In this document: one piece after another, positions 1 to 13,136 of the stretch
Layout of the letters: each line of letters opens with the position of its first letter
Numbering within the stretch: the first letter of the stretch is position 1
Assembly (NCBI RefSeq): GCF_006345805.1
Contig: NC_043010.1
Location: 66,216,001-66,280,000 of the forward strand
Length of the DNA stretch: 64,000 nt
DNA from: Octopus sinensis
Lineage: Eukaryota
Reading direction: 5' to 3'
Notes under the pieces: generated by a model
Told to the model about the DNA's origin: nothing
Databases searched by the model: none
The model's input: the letters and a program-made list of their open reading frames with translations, nothing else
Translations under genes and position numbers: made by a program

Positions 1-1072
1 TCTGATGATAAACACTAGCTATGTGATTCTATTAATTTTGAAAAATAATTAAGAGTTTGGTTGCATTTAATATAAAATAACATCTATTTACTATATTTGA
101 CAGTATAATAAAATGTCTCAAAAAATTGGCCACAGTCCTACATGTGAAACTGGGCTTATATCACATGTGCTTAACCCTTTAGCATTTAGACCAAGCATAT
201 CCCGTCCAAATAAATTATCTGTTTTATGTTCAAACTGGCCATGTCCCAGCTTCTCAAACCTACTTAAAGTGCAATAAATCAGTTATACTTTTACAATACA
301 CAAAATATTTTAACAATTTCTTCTTATACAATTCCTAATAATATCTACTGTAATAAAAGTAAAATTCCCTCTGTCCAGGATCCTTGTATTTCAGTCTATA
401 TTTACTCTACATAGACATATTATACCATTTTGGAATCGGATGATCCCGGGATTGAAAATCTGCCCTTCATTTGGTTCTTGAATATCCAGCATTGAGATCT
501 GATTTAAAAGCATTTGGGCTGCTATTTCTAGCAGGCAAAGCTTGGTTGATTCATGCCATCTTGGTTGGTATTTGTCAGATGACGTCAGAGACCAAGGAGG
601 AGATAACTGACATTCGTTTCATTAATTTTACATCGAGATAAGAACTTTGGGACAAATTGGCCAACAATAGGAATTCAACTTGGGACCGGAACAATAGAAT
701 TATTGCATAACAGAATTAATTCTCATCCGTCCTTAACCTCTGATCAAACACCACCGGGGCATATAGTCATTATAGACATATTATAGTCATGCTAGTTAGC
801 GCTCTTTAGTTTTATGCTACAGGCCCAATTAGGCCACTGCAGGAGCTAGCTTAAAAGCCCACAAGGAGTGTGGCTTTTAAGCTAGTTTAATTATAAAAAT
901 ATTATAGGATTTTTAAAACATCAAATGACTAGGAGGGTCCATCTGAGTAAAATAGTAATCAAAGGGGCCCATAGGCAAAAAATGGTTGTTGAGAGCCACT
1001 GCTCTAACATATCATGCATTAATATAATATTGGCTTAAAAACAGAAGAGAAAGGAACCATCCAAATACTCAC

Positions 1073-1214
1073 CTAGTAGCATAATGACTAATCTGTTTAT
1101 GAAAGACAAAGGGTTGTGTGAATGCTGACAGATCAGTGAGAGACTTGAAGCTGCTGTACGCCGGGTTGATGCAGACGAAGACTTCAAATTTGGTAGAAAA
1201 CTCTTTAGTAATGC
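1073..1214 (-). CDS. HTT: Huntingtin coding exon 6, ALLKSFLPNLKSSSASTRRTAASSLSLICQHSHNPLSFINRLVIMLL(G); gene continues beyond the window
   Basis: 142 nt with AAG/GTGAGT boundaries; matches human [33 protein letters not shown]. Confidence 0.95.
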
Positions 1215-1329
1215 CTTCATGAGGGGGACAAAAAAAAAAGACAGGTCAAAAGGTTAAATAAACAAAATAAATTTGATTATCTATATGAAAGACAAAAAAA
1301 AAAAACACTTCAATTTTTATAACTTTGTA

Positions 1330-1600
1330 ACTGGCTTCCGTGCCGGTGGCACGTAAAATGCACCAATCCGACCGTGGCCGATGCTAGCCTCGCCTGGCAC
1401 CAGTGCAGGTGGCACGTAAAAAGCACCCACTACACTCACGGAGTGGTTGGCGTTAGGAAGGGCATCCAGCTGTAGAAACATTGCCAGATAAGACCGGAGC
1501 CTGGTGCAGCCTTCTGGCTTCCCAGATCCCCGGTCAAACCGTCCAACCCATGCTAGCATGGAGAACGGACGTTAAACAATGATGATGATGATGGTGATGA
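1330..1600 (+). mobile_element. Retroposon 3' end with (ATG)n tail (ggttggcgttaggaagggcatccagc family) carrying a variable number of internal ggcacgtaaaaagcacc modules
   Basis: Many copies, e.g. 24910-25260(-), 26905-27225(-), 31945-32325(+), 40320-40500(+), 57480-57740(+), 61100-61610(-). The tandem-triplet tail suggests RTE-class mobilisation (inference). Confidence 0.75.
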
Positions 1601-1700
1601 TGTAACTGTGTTGTAAATATTTATTAACCGTTACTTTGCAATGACACAGGGAAAGACGAAAAAATGCAAGAGAAATGTGAGCAAGAAGAATGTTCCTTAC

Positions 1701-1839
1701 TTTGACTTCTGAATCATTTGCAAAAGCCATAAGTACAGGACATATTTTCTGCATGGAAGCTGCAAGGGTTTCTTGAATGGCCTCTTCTTCACGCTTACAA
1801 ACCCGTGCAATGCAGGGCAGCAAGTTGACAATATATGGC
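1701..1839 (-). CDS. HTT: Huntingtin coding exon 5, [46 protein letters not shown]
   Basis: 139 nt with CAG/GTAAGG boundaries; matches human [46 protein letters not shown]. Confidence 0.97.
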
Positions 1840-2790
1840 CTGCACAAGAATAAAGAAAGAGAACAAGGGTTAGTTTACATGATGATATGAAAATAAAATG
1901 GTAAACCTCACTTCATCTTTGTTTTTTTATTTTCCTTATTTCAGTCATTAGACTGCGGCCATGCTGGGGCTCTGCCTTGAAGAGTTTTTAGTCAAATGAA
2001 TTGACCCCGGTAATTATTTTTTTTTAAAGCCTGGGACTTATTCTTTTGGTTTCTTTTGCCAAACTGCCAAGTGGCGCTGAGGGACAGACAGACACACACA
2101 CACACACAAACACACATATACAACAGTCTTCTTTCAGTTTTTGTTTACCAAATCCACTCACATGGCTTTGGTCAGCCCATGGCTATAGTAGAAGACACTT
2201 GCCGAAAGTGCAACAAGGTGGAACTGAACCTGGAATCATGAGGTTGAAAAGCAAACCTCTTACCACACAGCCAAGCTTGCATCCACTTATAGAAGATTAA
2301 AAGAAATTTCAAGTTTCTTGCTATAAGGACACAGCTACAGCTGTACAGTTAAGAAGTCTGCTTTGAAGCCAGACCATCCAGATTTGATGCCAATGTGTAA
2401 CCAGTTTGGGTAGGTGTCTTCTGTTACAGCCTTGGGCTGATCAAAAACCTTCAAAGTGAAATCCAGCAAACAGACACTGCGGAAGTACATCAAATATATA
2501 TTACAACAGGAAAGACATTCAGCTGCAGAAAATCTGCCTCAATAACCTCTGTCCAACCCATCCAACAATCATGGAAAAATGGACATTGAAACAATGATGA
2601 ATGGTGTGGCACAAAAAGCACACAGCAGTCCACTCTGTAAAGTGGTTGGCATTAGGAAGGGCATCCAGCCATAGAAACCATGCCAAGGATGACACTGGAG
2701 CGTGACAAAGCCCTGACTCTTGCCAGTTCCCTGTCAAACTCATGCCAACATAGAAAGTGGATGATAAATGATGATGATGATGATAATGAT

Positions 2791-2832
<42 letters not shown>

Positions 2833-4025
2833 ATATAATATATATATATATATATACATATATATTTAAAAGAATGGCAAAGTCAGTTTATGTTACTGGC
2901 AATTTCAAATAAACCTCAATACGACCCAAATTGGCTGAAATTATTTTCATAAAACTCAACTCGTGAACTTTGGGCACAAAAGAGACAGTGATAGATAAGG
3001 TAGTGTGTGTGCATGTGTGTGAGAGAGAGAGAGAGACCGTAATTTATCACGTACAAGGAACCCTTTTTTGTCAAAAATTAGGTTAAAAAATATGGGAGTT
3101 TCTTATACATGGATAGTATTATAATCCCTTACAAAACAATTTTTCCAAATTTTAAGCCCCCAAAATTAGGGGGTTCCTTATACATGTTAAAATACAGTAA
3201 TTGGTATGTCCATCAAAGATACCCTACAGCATACAGAACTCTCCAAATCATTTTATTTATAGTGAGGTCAGGTCAACTTGCCTTTCATCCCTGCAAGATC
3301 AACAACATAAATACTAGACTGAAGACCAAGATCTAGATAATTGATAAAAACCCTTAAAACTAGTGTTCCAGCATGGCCACAGACCAATGATTGAAACTAG
3401 TAAAATAATAAAATATGTGTAACCCTTAAACCAACATTGCACGAGGGCCTTAAAATACAGCTGGGTAACCATCTTTAAAGGTAATAAGGTGTCATTTCAC
3501 CATTTGGCATTTAAACCAGTCATATCTGGGCCGAATATTCTACTTGTTTTATGTTCAAATCAGCCAGATTCGACTTCTCACACCTCACCTGCAATGTCTT
3601 TTTAAAAGTGAACATACACACACATACACAGAAACACAAACATGCATGTACAAAAAAACATACACAAAAATCTCACACACACACATGTGCACACAAACAC
3701 ACACATAAACAAACAAAACACAAAAAAAACATAACATAAACACACGAAAAAACACACACACATTCACATGCTGATTTCTTCAGTTTCTGCCTCCCAATTT
3801 TATCAAAATCATGAAGCTGTGAGATAATCCATGATTAATTCAAAACAATATGAATAAATAAAGATTACATTTCACAGAGTAATCTGAACACTAAAGGGGT
3901 AAGGAAGATATATCTGCTATTTCTAGCAAGTTAACAATCACATAGGGGATCTCTAAAGTATAGTACATTACTACAACATACATTACTTTGTGTACAGATT
4001 ACCTGGGATTTGTAGATTAACATAC

Positions 4026-4165
4026 CTGCATTTCTGAGGACGTATCAAATGGCACATATCTGCAAATCTCCAAAGTGCTCCTCTAAGACTTCGAGATGGT
4101 CCATTTTTCTTGATCTCTTTGTACAGTTCCACCTGTAAACGGCCCAAGTTTGTTTCTAACAAAGT
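4026..4165 (-). CDS. HTT: Huntingtin coding exon 4, [47 protein letters not shown]
   Basis: 140 nt with AG/GTATG boundaries; lies inside ORF 3983..4273; matches human [41 protein letters not shown]. Confidence 0.97.
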
Positions 4166-6904
4166 CTGGAAAGAAAGGAACAGAAAAACAAGATGAGAAT
4201 TGTTTGTTGGTGTATATATCTTATAAATATTTAAGCCACAGTATATGGATTCAAGTGATCCAGTAGTTCTCATAAATAAGGGTCCTTAATGTATCGTTGT
4301 ACAAACAGACCGTATAGAATGCATGGCACCTTGGGCAAGTATTTTCTACTACAGACTTGGGCCGACCAAATCCTTGTAAGTGGATTTGGTTGACTTGGCA
4401 GACAGAAACCGAAGCACAGAACCCTGTCGTGTATATACACCACGCATCCTTTTCCAAGTAAGTTTTATCTTAATAATTACAATGCACACTCTTCTATCTA
4501 CTTCTATCTCTTCCACTCTTCTTCTATCTCTTCTACCTCTTCTCTGTCTATCTATCTCCTTCTCTTGCTCTTCCTTTCTGTCCCACCCTTTCCCTATTCT
4601 CCTCCTCTCTCCATCACCGTTCTCTGTCTCTTTCACTCTTCCTCCTTGACTCTCGTTGCTGACACATTACGAAAGGCGATCTTTCTTCCACTTCCTTCGT
4701 AAAGACAAGACATGCTTTCACCTGTCTCTTCTCATAGCTTGTCTTTCTATCATTCATAATAATTTTACACATCATCTTGGCTTAACAGCCCTCACCGTCT
4801 GTTTTTACTGTCTTGTTCTCACTGTCCTGTTTTTGTTACCACTTTCACCCTCCACAAAAAATCCCAAATTTTTTTAATTTGCCTTGCAGGAAGGACTGTT
4901 TCAACAAAGTCGCGTTTTGTCCTTACCTTCACAACGCGGAGAAGATGAAACAGGGACAACTGATGAAGGGGAATGTTCTTTATGTTGCATGTCTCGTTTC
5001 TCCATTTGTTTGTTGTTTTTTTTTTGTTGTTGTTCGAAAAAAAGTTCATTTTCTATGTTTTTGTTTTTATGTTTTTGTTTTCTCATTGTGTCTACGTTTT
5101 TTGATGTCCTGTACCCATATATGCATGTATATATACATATATGTGTAAGTATGTACATATATGTATATATGCATATATTTATATTTGTGTATGTATATGT
5201 ATGTATGTATATGTGTGAGTGTCTTTATATTTGTGTTTGTCCCCCTTCACTGATTGACAACCGGTGTTGGTGTGTTTATGTCCCTGTAACTTAGCAGTTC
5301 AGCAAAAGATACCAATAAAATAATAACAAGGCTTGAAAAAATAAGTCTTGGGGCCGACCTGTTTGACCAAAGAGCCTTCAAGGAGATGCTCCAGCATGGC
5401 TGCAGTCAAATGACTGAAACAAGTAAAAGGGTGAAAGAACAATAGTTGGGCAATGATAGAGATGATGATGATGATGGAGATGATGGTGATGACAGAGATG
5501 ACGAAGATGGTAACGAAGAAGGAGAGTGATGGTGATAATATCCAGCGGAAATTTAAGGCAACAAGCTGGCAGAACTGTTAGCATGCTGGGCAAAATGCTT
5601 AGTGGCATTTCGTTCCTTTTTTATGTCCCGATTTCAAACTCTGCCAAGGTCTACTTTGCCTTTCATCCTTTCAGGGCCGATAAGATGAGTCCTAGTTGTG
5701 CACTGGGATCGATCTAATCGACTTGGCTCCTTTCTCAAATTTGCTGGCTTTGGGCCACAATTTGGAACAAATGTATGGTGGAAGTAAACGAAGCTTAAAA
5801 TATGTCGACAGGACTATGAAGTAGATCCAATAAAGAACAAAAACAAAAATGATGCTGAGTTGAAAGCTAATAAATATATGCAATGAAAGAAGATAACCAA
5901 TCACAATAAAACTGGTGGAGGGGAGGGTTGGGAAGACAGCCACAGGCAATGGAGACGATAGGGACAGCATTGTACTTATTAGTGAAAGAATCAATACTTT
6001 GGACTCGTCGTTAGTACAAAGATGCGGCTGGGTGGTAAGCAGGTTTACCTTGGCACCATGTATTTTGGGGGTTTTGGGCCCTACTGTGTGAATGTTGACT
6101 GAGGTTTTATACTATGGCTAAGGGCTGACCTATAACTTGCAAGTGAAACTGGGAGGCAGAAACTGAAAAAAATGCAGAGTGTGTGTGTGTGCTTATTCTT
6201 TTGTTTTGTATGTTTGTATGTGTGTTTGTTTTTGTGTATGTGTTTTTTGTGCATACATGTTTGTGTTTGTGCATGTGTGTTTGTGGGTGTGCATGCATGT
6301 ACATGCTTATACATGTTTGTGTGTGTTTCTCGTATGAGTTCATGCGGATGTTTGTGATTAATATTTTCACCTTGTCAATCTTGCGTTTGTTGACTGTAAA
6401 CAAAACAACAGCCTCGCAAAATCAAACACAGGTGGTGTCCTGTGCTTGCAGTCAACCGTGGAAGAACGACCTGGACTCTTGACATGTCTTGACATGTGCA
6501 ACCATCGTTAACAAAAAAAGACTTGTAACCATGTCTGGGCTGTTTGTTGCTTGATGGAATCAGGGAGTTATGGAATCAGTATCTTGCTTAGAAACAAGGA
6601 AAGAAGAGCATACAAATGTAGAAAGTCTACCTCGAAGACTTCCTTCCGATCCATGCAAGTATGGAAAATGAAACACTTAGATCTTGTTGATGATGATGAT
6701 GATTGTTGTTGTTGTTGTTAAGCAACAAGACAGGTAAGGGTAATTAGGTGATGGTCTAGGGCTTAGGGGCGGGAGACCCCAGACCTTGGAAAAAAAAAAC
6801 TTTGGCCATCTTGTAGTCGAGGGCTCTTCGTTGTCACCCGACACCAATGGGAGGTGGCTCTCAAAGTCACTGGAAATGGAGATCTCCAGGTCCAAATTCT
6901 TAAA

Positions 6905-7085
6905 CGGCTGATGATGATGGTGGTGAAAACGGTGGTGATGGTGATCATGATGATGACGGTGATGATGATGGTGGTGGTGATGCTGATAGTGGTGGTGGTG
7001 GTGGAGACGATGATGATGACGATTATAATAGTGATGATGATGATGGTAATGGTGATGATAGCAGTGGTGATGGTGATGATTATGT
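6905..7085. repeat. (GAT/GGT)n trinucleotide tract
   Basis: Direct inspection. Confidence 0.93.
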
Positions 7086-10000
7086 TGATTAGGGCTGGTA
7101 GTCAAAGGGGGCAATTGTCCCAGGCACCCATGACTGCTATGAAGGATGTGTAGCACTCAATACAGAGTGTCCCTCCCCCTCCCAGCAATCTTGCATGCAG
7201 AGGCTCTCTTTCAATAAACAAACATATCTTTAAAAAAAATGTAATGGACCCTCTTTTTTGATAAATAACCCTAGTTTTAACTACATCAATGACATCAATG
7301 CATTCAATTAAAAAACACTTTGCTACCCAAGTACCAAAGCAGCTCCAATTCTTTTGGGGGATTAATTGTAGCTGCTTCAAGGACATTGACAGACAAAAAG
7401 GAAACAACAAAACACTCCTAAAAATGTATATCTGTGAGTGTGTGTGTATGAAACACAGTATGAATGTATATAAAGATATGTTTCTTTATTAGCCACAGAG
7501 GGCTGGACACAGATGGGACAAATTACAAAGTAGAGCTTTTCTTTTTGGGGAGGAAAGAAAAAAGAAAAAAAAAGTGGGGTAGGTTTTCGATCAAAAAGGA
7601 TCGTAGAAAGGTAAAAAAAAAATAGAAAAAGAAAAGAAAAAAAACGACCAACAGGGATCGTGTATCACAGAAATGTCATGATGTAAAGTGTAAAGGGGGA
7701 AGCAGATGAGGTTTATCCCTGGAAAGAAAAGCCTACAGAAAAGACCACAGTAACCTCGGTCATTTATTTGCAAGTAAGTAACTCTCTGTTTTAAATTTTT
7801 CCAGGTTCATAGGATTATGCTCAAGATAGATAAAGAGATTGATAGAAAGAAGTTAGTTATTGTCTCTAGTTCAAATTCCTTCTTTGGACACGACTGAGCA
7901 GTGACCTTAGATTGACCACTTGCAAATAAAGACACACACACACACAAATATGCACGCATGCATACACACATATTGCCATTGTGAACTTCATTATTTCAGT
8001 GAGGCATTGAAAACTGCTCTTACTTTACAGAAAAGCAGGTAAGTAATGAATATGTTCCAAAATTTAAATTTCGAATTTAGTTTTAATTATTAAATTACAT
8101 CACTCAACAGCTCAAAGTATTTTTTATTTTTCAGCTTTGGAATTATTGCTTTTATGCTCACATGTTTTTCATTAAATCAAATCTTTTTCTTCTTTTTCTT
8201 TTTAAATATTTTCCTTCATTTTGTCAAATACTTGAATTATACAGGGAGTGGGGCAAAATGAGTAATTACCTCCCTCCCCCCCCAATAAATTTTTCCTTGA
8301 CTTTGACCCAATTTTGTTTTTGAGGCTGCTAATAAGATATCTAGATAAATTTTCATGTTAAACAATCCAAATTCTTTTCTCTGTTGGATTCCAAGTCAAT
8401 TTTTTTCCCACACTAATATCTAATTTGACAACTGTCAATTTTCAAAAGCTGATGTCTAAACTGGGGCAAAATGAGTAATGACTAATATCAATAATTTCTT
8501 CTCTTTAACTGTATGGTATGTAAATATATGGAGTCACTTCTGCAGAAATTTTTTTCTTAAGAAAATACATATTTAAATAAATTTTAATGTCATGAATAGC
8601 GAAAGCAAAACCGGTCGACAAACACAATACAAAATATATTTAAAATTATATTAAAACTATGTAAAGCGTGTGCATTTTCCTTCTTTAATTTCTTATATAT
8701 ATATATACACACACACACCCAGGCCTATTCCCCATTTTTTTTTTTAAGAGCGGGTACCCACAAGACCTGGCTATGACTATAAACTACATCTGGTAGTAGG
8801 ACCCTGGGGCCCTAGTTTCAGGGTTTGAGGAATGTGGAAGCACCTCTTAGCCACCATTGTTCCCAGGTCTATTCTGGCCCAGAGCTGTAGCATCTGTAAG
8901 GGTCCCAGCTATTCGTTAACTAGCAAAATCCCCCGCGACTAGGATGGTGGGGGTCGGTAGAATGCAATTACCATATTCCCTGCATGGTGTAAGAGGCGCC
9001 TAAAAGACAGCAAGATAGAGAGGGATGTACTGTGATGATTTCACAAAGGTCACATCAACCTGGTTAGAGAATCTAAATACTTCTATGAGGGTAAGGATTA
9101 GCATGGAGCTCAGTTAACACAGGAAAGTAGGACATAATGGAATATTGAAGTCCTAAGATCGGTCTCTTTCTTTTTTTTTTATCTTTTACTTGTTTCAGTT
9201 ATTAGAGTTTGGCCTTGCAAGGACACATCCTTGAAGAGTTTAGTCAAACAAAATGACCCCAGTATTTAAGTCTGGCACTTAATATATTTGTTTCTTTTGC
9301 TGGACTGTGAAGTTACGGGAATGTAAACAAACCCACACCAATCATCAGCTGTGGAGGAAAGAGAAAACACAAGCACAAAGACACACACACACACACACAT
9401 ATTTTATATACAACATGCTTCCACACAGTTTCCATTTACCAAGTTTACTCATAAGACATCAGTTGGCTTAGGGCTATAGTGGAAGACACTGGCCCAAGGT
9501 GCCATGTCATGTCCAGAAAATTTGCCATAAGAAATGTCACTCATCCTCATCACCATCATCATTGTTTAATGTCTGCTTTCCATGCTGGCATGGGTTGGAT
9601 GGTTTGACTGAGGACTGGCAAGTCAGAAGGCTGCACCAGGCTCTGTCGAGGAAAATTCGTTGTGAAATGAATTTGCCATATGGACAATGATAAACCGTAT
9701 TATGTCAGCATTTTTTAAATAAAATAAAAAAAGGAATAATAAAAGATTTTAACGAACTGTTAACTAAAGGGTAAAGACCCAATTCAGTCATGAATGACCA
9801 TGGGATTGCACCTAGAAAGTTCTCTTCCTAGGCACAAGTCTGAGCAAGGTTGTTTATGGAAGACCAGCAGTCGCCCATGCATACCAGACTATCCTCTCCA
9901 TGCCACCAGTGTTATCCAAGGGGAAAGCAAAGGCCGATACATCTTGGTTCTAGTGACGTTGCAACTCATTTCTACAGCTGAGTGAACTGGAGCACCGTGA

Positions 10001-10712
10001 AATAAAATGTCTTGCTCAAGAACACAACACACAGCCTGGTCCAGGAATCAAACTCATAACCTCATAATTATCAGCTTGATGCTCTAACCACAGAGCCATG
10101 TGCCTTCACATAAAATCATTAAATAGACAAGTTTTGGAGGTGGGGTTTAATGTTTGACATTGAATAATACTTGAATAATACCTGAATAAAAAACATTAAG
10201 TAGACAAGTATTATTCAATGTCAAACGTTAAACAAACTTGATGAGGTCATTTAAAATGAGATTTCTCATGGTAAATTATCCTCTGACAAAAATGTTTACA
10301 TTGAAATTTCCTATCACTGTGTCACATAGCAGGACTGAACCCAGAGCCATTTGGAATGCAAAGTAAGCTTCTTAACCACACAGCCAAGCCTGCACCTACA
10401 GGTTGTAATAATTCCACAAAGGTCACATCAGCCCGTTCACAGAGTCCAGATTCTCACTTTGGCATAATAATTAGTCAGAGCTCAATTAACGAGGGAAAAG
10501 AGAACATGTTGGAGTATTTTCGTTCTAGGTACAGTATGTCTGGAAAAAAAAAAAAAAAAAAGACTTGATCAAGTCTGGAATGCCTTTGATTATAGGTCTG
10601 TCTCATTAATGCTGCCTTGGCACTAACAAACAACAATTTGTCTTTGAAATTCTCAAACGTAGATGATCACTTCCTATGAAATAAACAAATAAAATTTTTG
10701 GGGGATGTTTAC

Positions 10713-10833
10713 CTTAATTGTTTTATTGAGGCATTCATCAGCAACCATGCGAATATCAGCTTCAGGATCATCACAGAGCATTAGAAATGTTTCCATAGCT
10801 ATTCCAAGGAACTTAGGAAAATCTGCTATAGAT
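10713..10833 (-). CDS. HTT: Huntingtin coding exon 3, [40 protein letters not shown]
   Basis: 121 nt with AG/GT boundaries; strong match to human [33 protein letters not shown] (HEAT repeat). Confidence 0.96.
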
Positions 10834-11267
10834 CTGCAGAGAGAAGAAGAAAAAAATAAAACAAGGTTAGCAAGTTTAATTCTTCATCATCATCATCATC
10901 ATCATTTAACGTCCGTTTTCCAGGCTAGTATGGGTTGGCAACCAGATGGCTGCACCAGGCTCCAGTCTTGATCTTTAATTTCACAGTCTTCAACTGTGAA
11001 ATTAGATTTCATAGTTAACACAGTAATAATGTTAAATATCTACCAAAAAAACAGAATTGGTATTTTTTGCAAGTCACATTGCCTTTGATAAACTTGATGT
11101 CTCTCAATGAAAAACAGTTTTAAGCATGACATGGTTAAACAAAAGACAGACTAGTTTATAAAACTGCTTTCCACAAACTGTAACATAACTCTTCATCTAA
11201 CACATGCTAGCATTGCAAAAATGGATGTAAACCCTTTAACTGCAAAATCAAATTTCATGGTTATTCC

Positions 11268-11535
11268 CAGGGCTGTGGAGACGGAGTCAGGTTGTGGAGA
11301 CAAACCAAACACAATTAAGGGGTAACTAGAGTCAGAATTGGTAAAACTATACCAACTCTGATTCCGACTCACAATATCTTTATTCTTTAATATAAACCAG
11401 TTCTAACATAGAGGCCTGCTCAAAATACTAGCATATGCATATGCTTTATGAGATAAGCAGACCGCAATCACTTAACTACATAAAGAGGAATCAGAGTCAG
11501 AGTCGAAGTTTTTTTGTTTCACCTCCACAGCCTTC
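11268..11535. mobile_element. Non-autonomous hAT-type MITE
   Basis: TIR cagggctgtggag / ctccacagccttc (11/13 match); 8-bp TSD gttattcc at 11260-67 and 11536-43. Confidence 0.75.
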
Positions 11536-12266
11536 GTTATTCCAGTAGTGATGTTGAATATCTACCATTGGCATTTTCTGCAAGCCAGCTACCAGAATGA
11601 ACTTGATGTATCTCAATGAAAAATAGTTTCAAACGAGACTAACACAACCGATGCTGGTGTGTTTACGTCCCGGTAACTTAGTGGTTCGGTAAAAGAGACC
11701 GATAGAATAAGTATTAGGCTTACAAAGAATTAAGCCCTGGGGTCGATTTGCTTGACTAAATGTGGTGCTCCAGCATGGCCACAGTCAAATGACTGAAACA
11801 AGTAAAAGAGTAAGATAATTTTATAAACCGCCATGCTGGAGCACCACTTTTAGTCAAGCAAATCAACCCCAGGACTTAATTCTTTGTAAGCCTACTACTT
11901 ATTCTATTGGTCTCTTTTACCGAACCACTAAAGTTACGGGGACGTAAACACACCAGCATCGGTTGTCAAGCGATGTTGGGGGGAGGGGGGGACAAACACA
12001 GACACCCACACATACGTATATATACATATGACAGGCTTCTTTCAGTTTATGTCTACTAAATCCACTTTGGTCGCCCCGAGGCTATAGTAGAAACACTTAC
12101 CCAAGGTGCCACCCAGTGGGACTGAACCTGGAACCATGTGGTTCGTAAGCAAGCTACTTACCACACAGCCACTACTTTCTACTGCAGTATTATATATATA
12201 TATATATATACAAATAAATAAAAGAATGGAGTTGAACAACTAAATTAACAAAATTCCTCTATTTTA

Positions 12267-12349
12267 TTTTCGACATATGTTTCGAAGGCTGCATATTCCT
12301 AATTTCGAAGGAATAAGGGGTGCATTATACCGCCTTCTCATCAGGAAAA
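12267..12349 (-). ncRNA. Type I hammerhead ribozyme motif (canonical core), Penelope-like-element type
   Basis: Minus strand reads UUUUC-CUGAUGA-GAAGGC-(42-nt loop)-GCCUUC-GAA-ACAUAUGU-C-GAAAA. All core nucleotides, stems I/II/III and a GUC cleavage triplet are present. Confidence 0.8.
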
Positions 12350-12561
12350 GCAAGGAACTTATATAGAGGAATTTTGCTAATTTCGTCGTTCAACTCCATT
12401 CTTTCATTTATTTGTATTTAAAAAAACACACAAATTTCCACACAAAAGCACGTGATCTCTGCCCTAGGCATGTAGCTTCAACCGTGTTTTTCTGACGTGA
12501 ATTTGCTACCGAGGTATCGGTTAACCGAATTATCCATAATAAGATAATTCATTCAACTACT

Positions 12562-12605
<44 letters not shown>

Positions 12606-13019
12606 ATATATATATATATATATATATATATCAATCTATAAAATAATTCCTCATCTAATACATGCTAGCAAGGCAAAAATGGACATTAAACCTTCAACTG
12701 AAAAATTAAGTTTCATGTTTATTCTTGTAATAATGTTAAACATCTACCAAAAAAAACTGAATTGGTATTTTCTGCAAGTCACGTTACCCCAATAAACTTG
12801 ACATATTTCAACTGAGGATAGTTTCTAACATGACATTCTTTGACAAAAGAATAGATTGGTATATAAAAACTGCTTTCTACAGTTGCGGATGTTGAATATT
12901 TGAGAGTATATCTCCGATTTCTGCAGTAAAAGGATAAAATAACCCTCATGAGAAATAATAATGAAACCAAAGAACGTTTCTGACTGCAACGAAATGTTTC
13001 AACGTCAGTGTTGTTATTG

Positions 13020-13105
13020 CAGCTACTACTACTACTACTACTATTACTACTATTACCACCACCACTACTACTACTACTACTACCACCACCACCACTACTA
13101 TTACC

Positions 13106-13136
<31 letters not shown>

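Noticed and set aside
1-1072. Next HTT exon (equivalent to human exon 8)
   Set aside because: No frame in 1-1072 that I checked resembles it; it is presumably beyond the window edge.
6677-7156. PolyHis ORF
   Set aside because: (CAT/CAC)n microsatellite inside an HTT intron; no splice or homology support.
12960-13015. Minus-strand ctgacg..gaaacgtt motif
   Set aside because: A9 is missing and there is no stem I pairing; at best a heavily decayed remnant.
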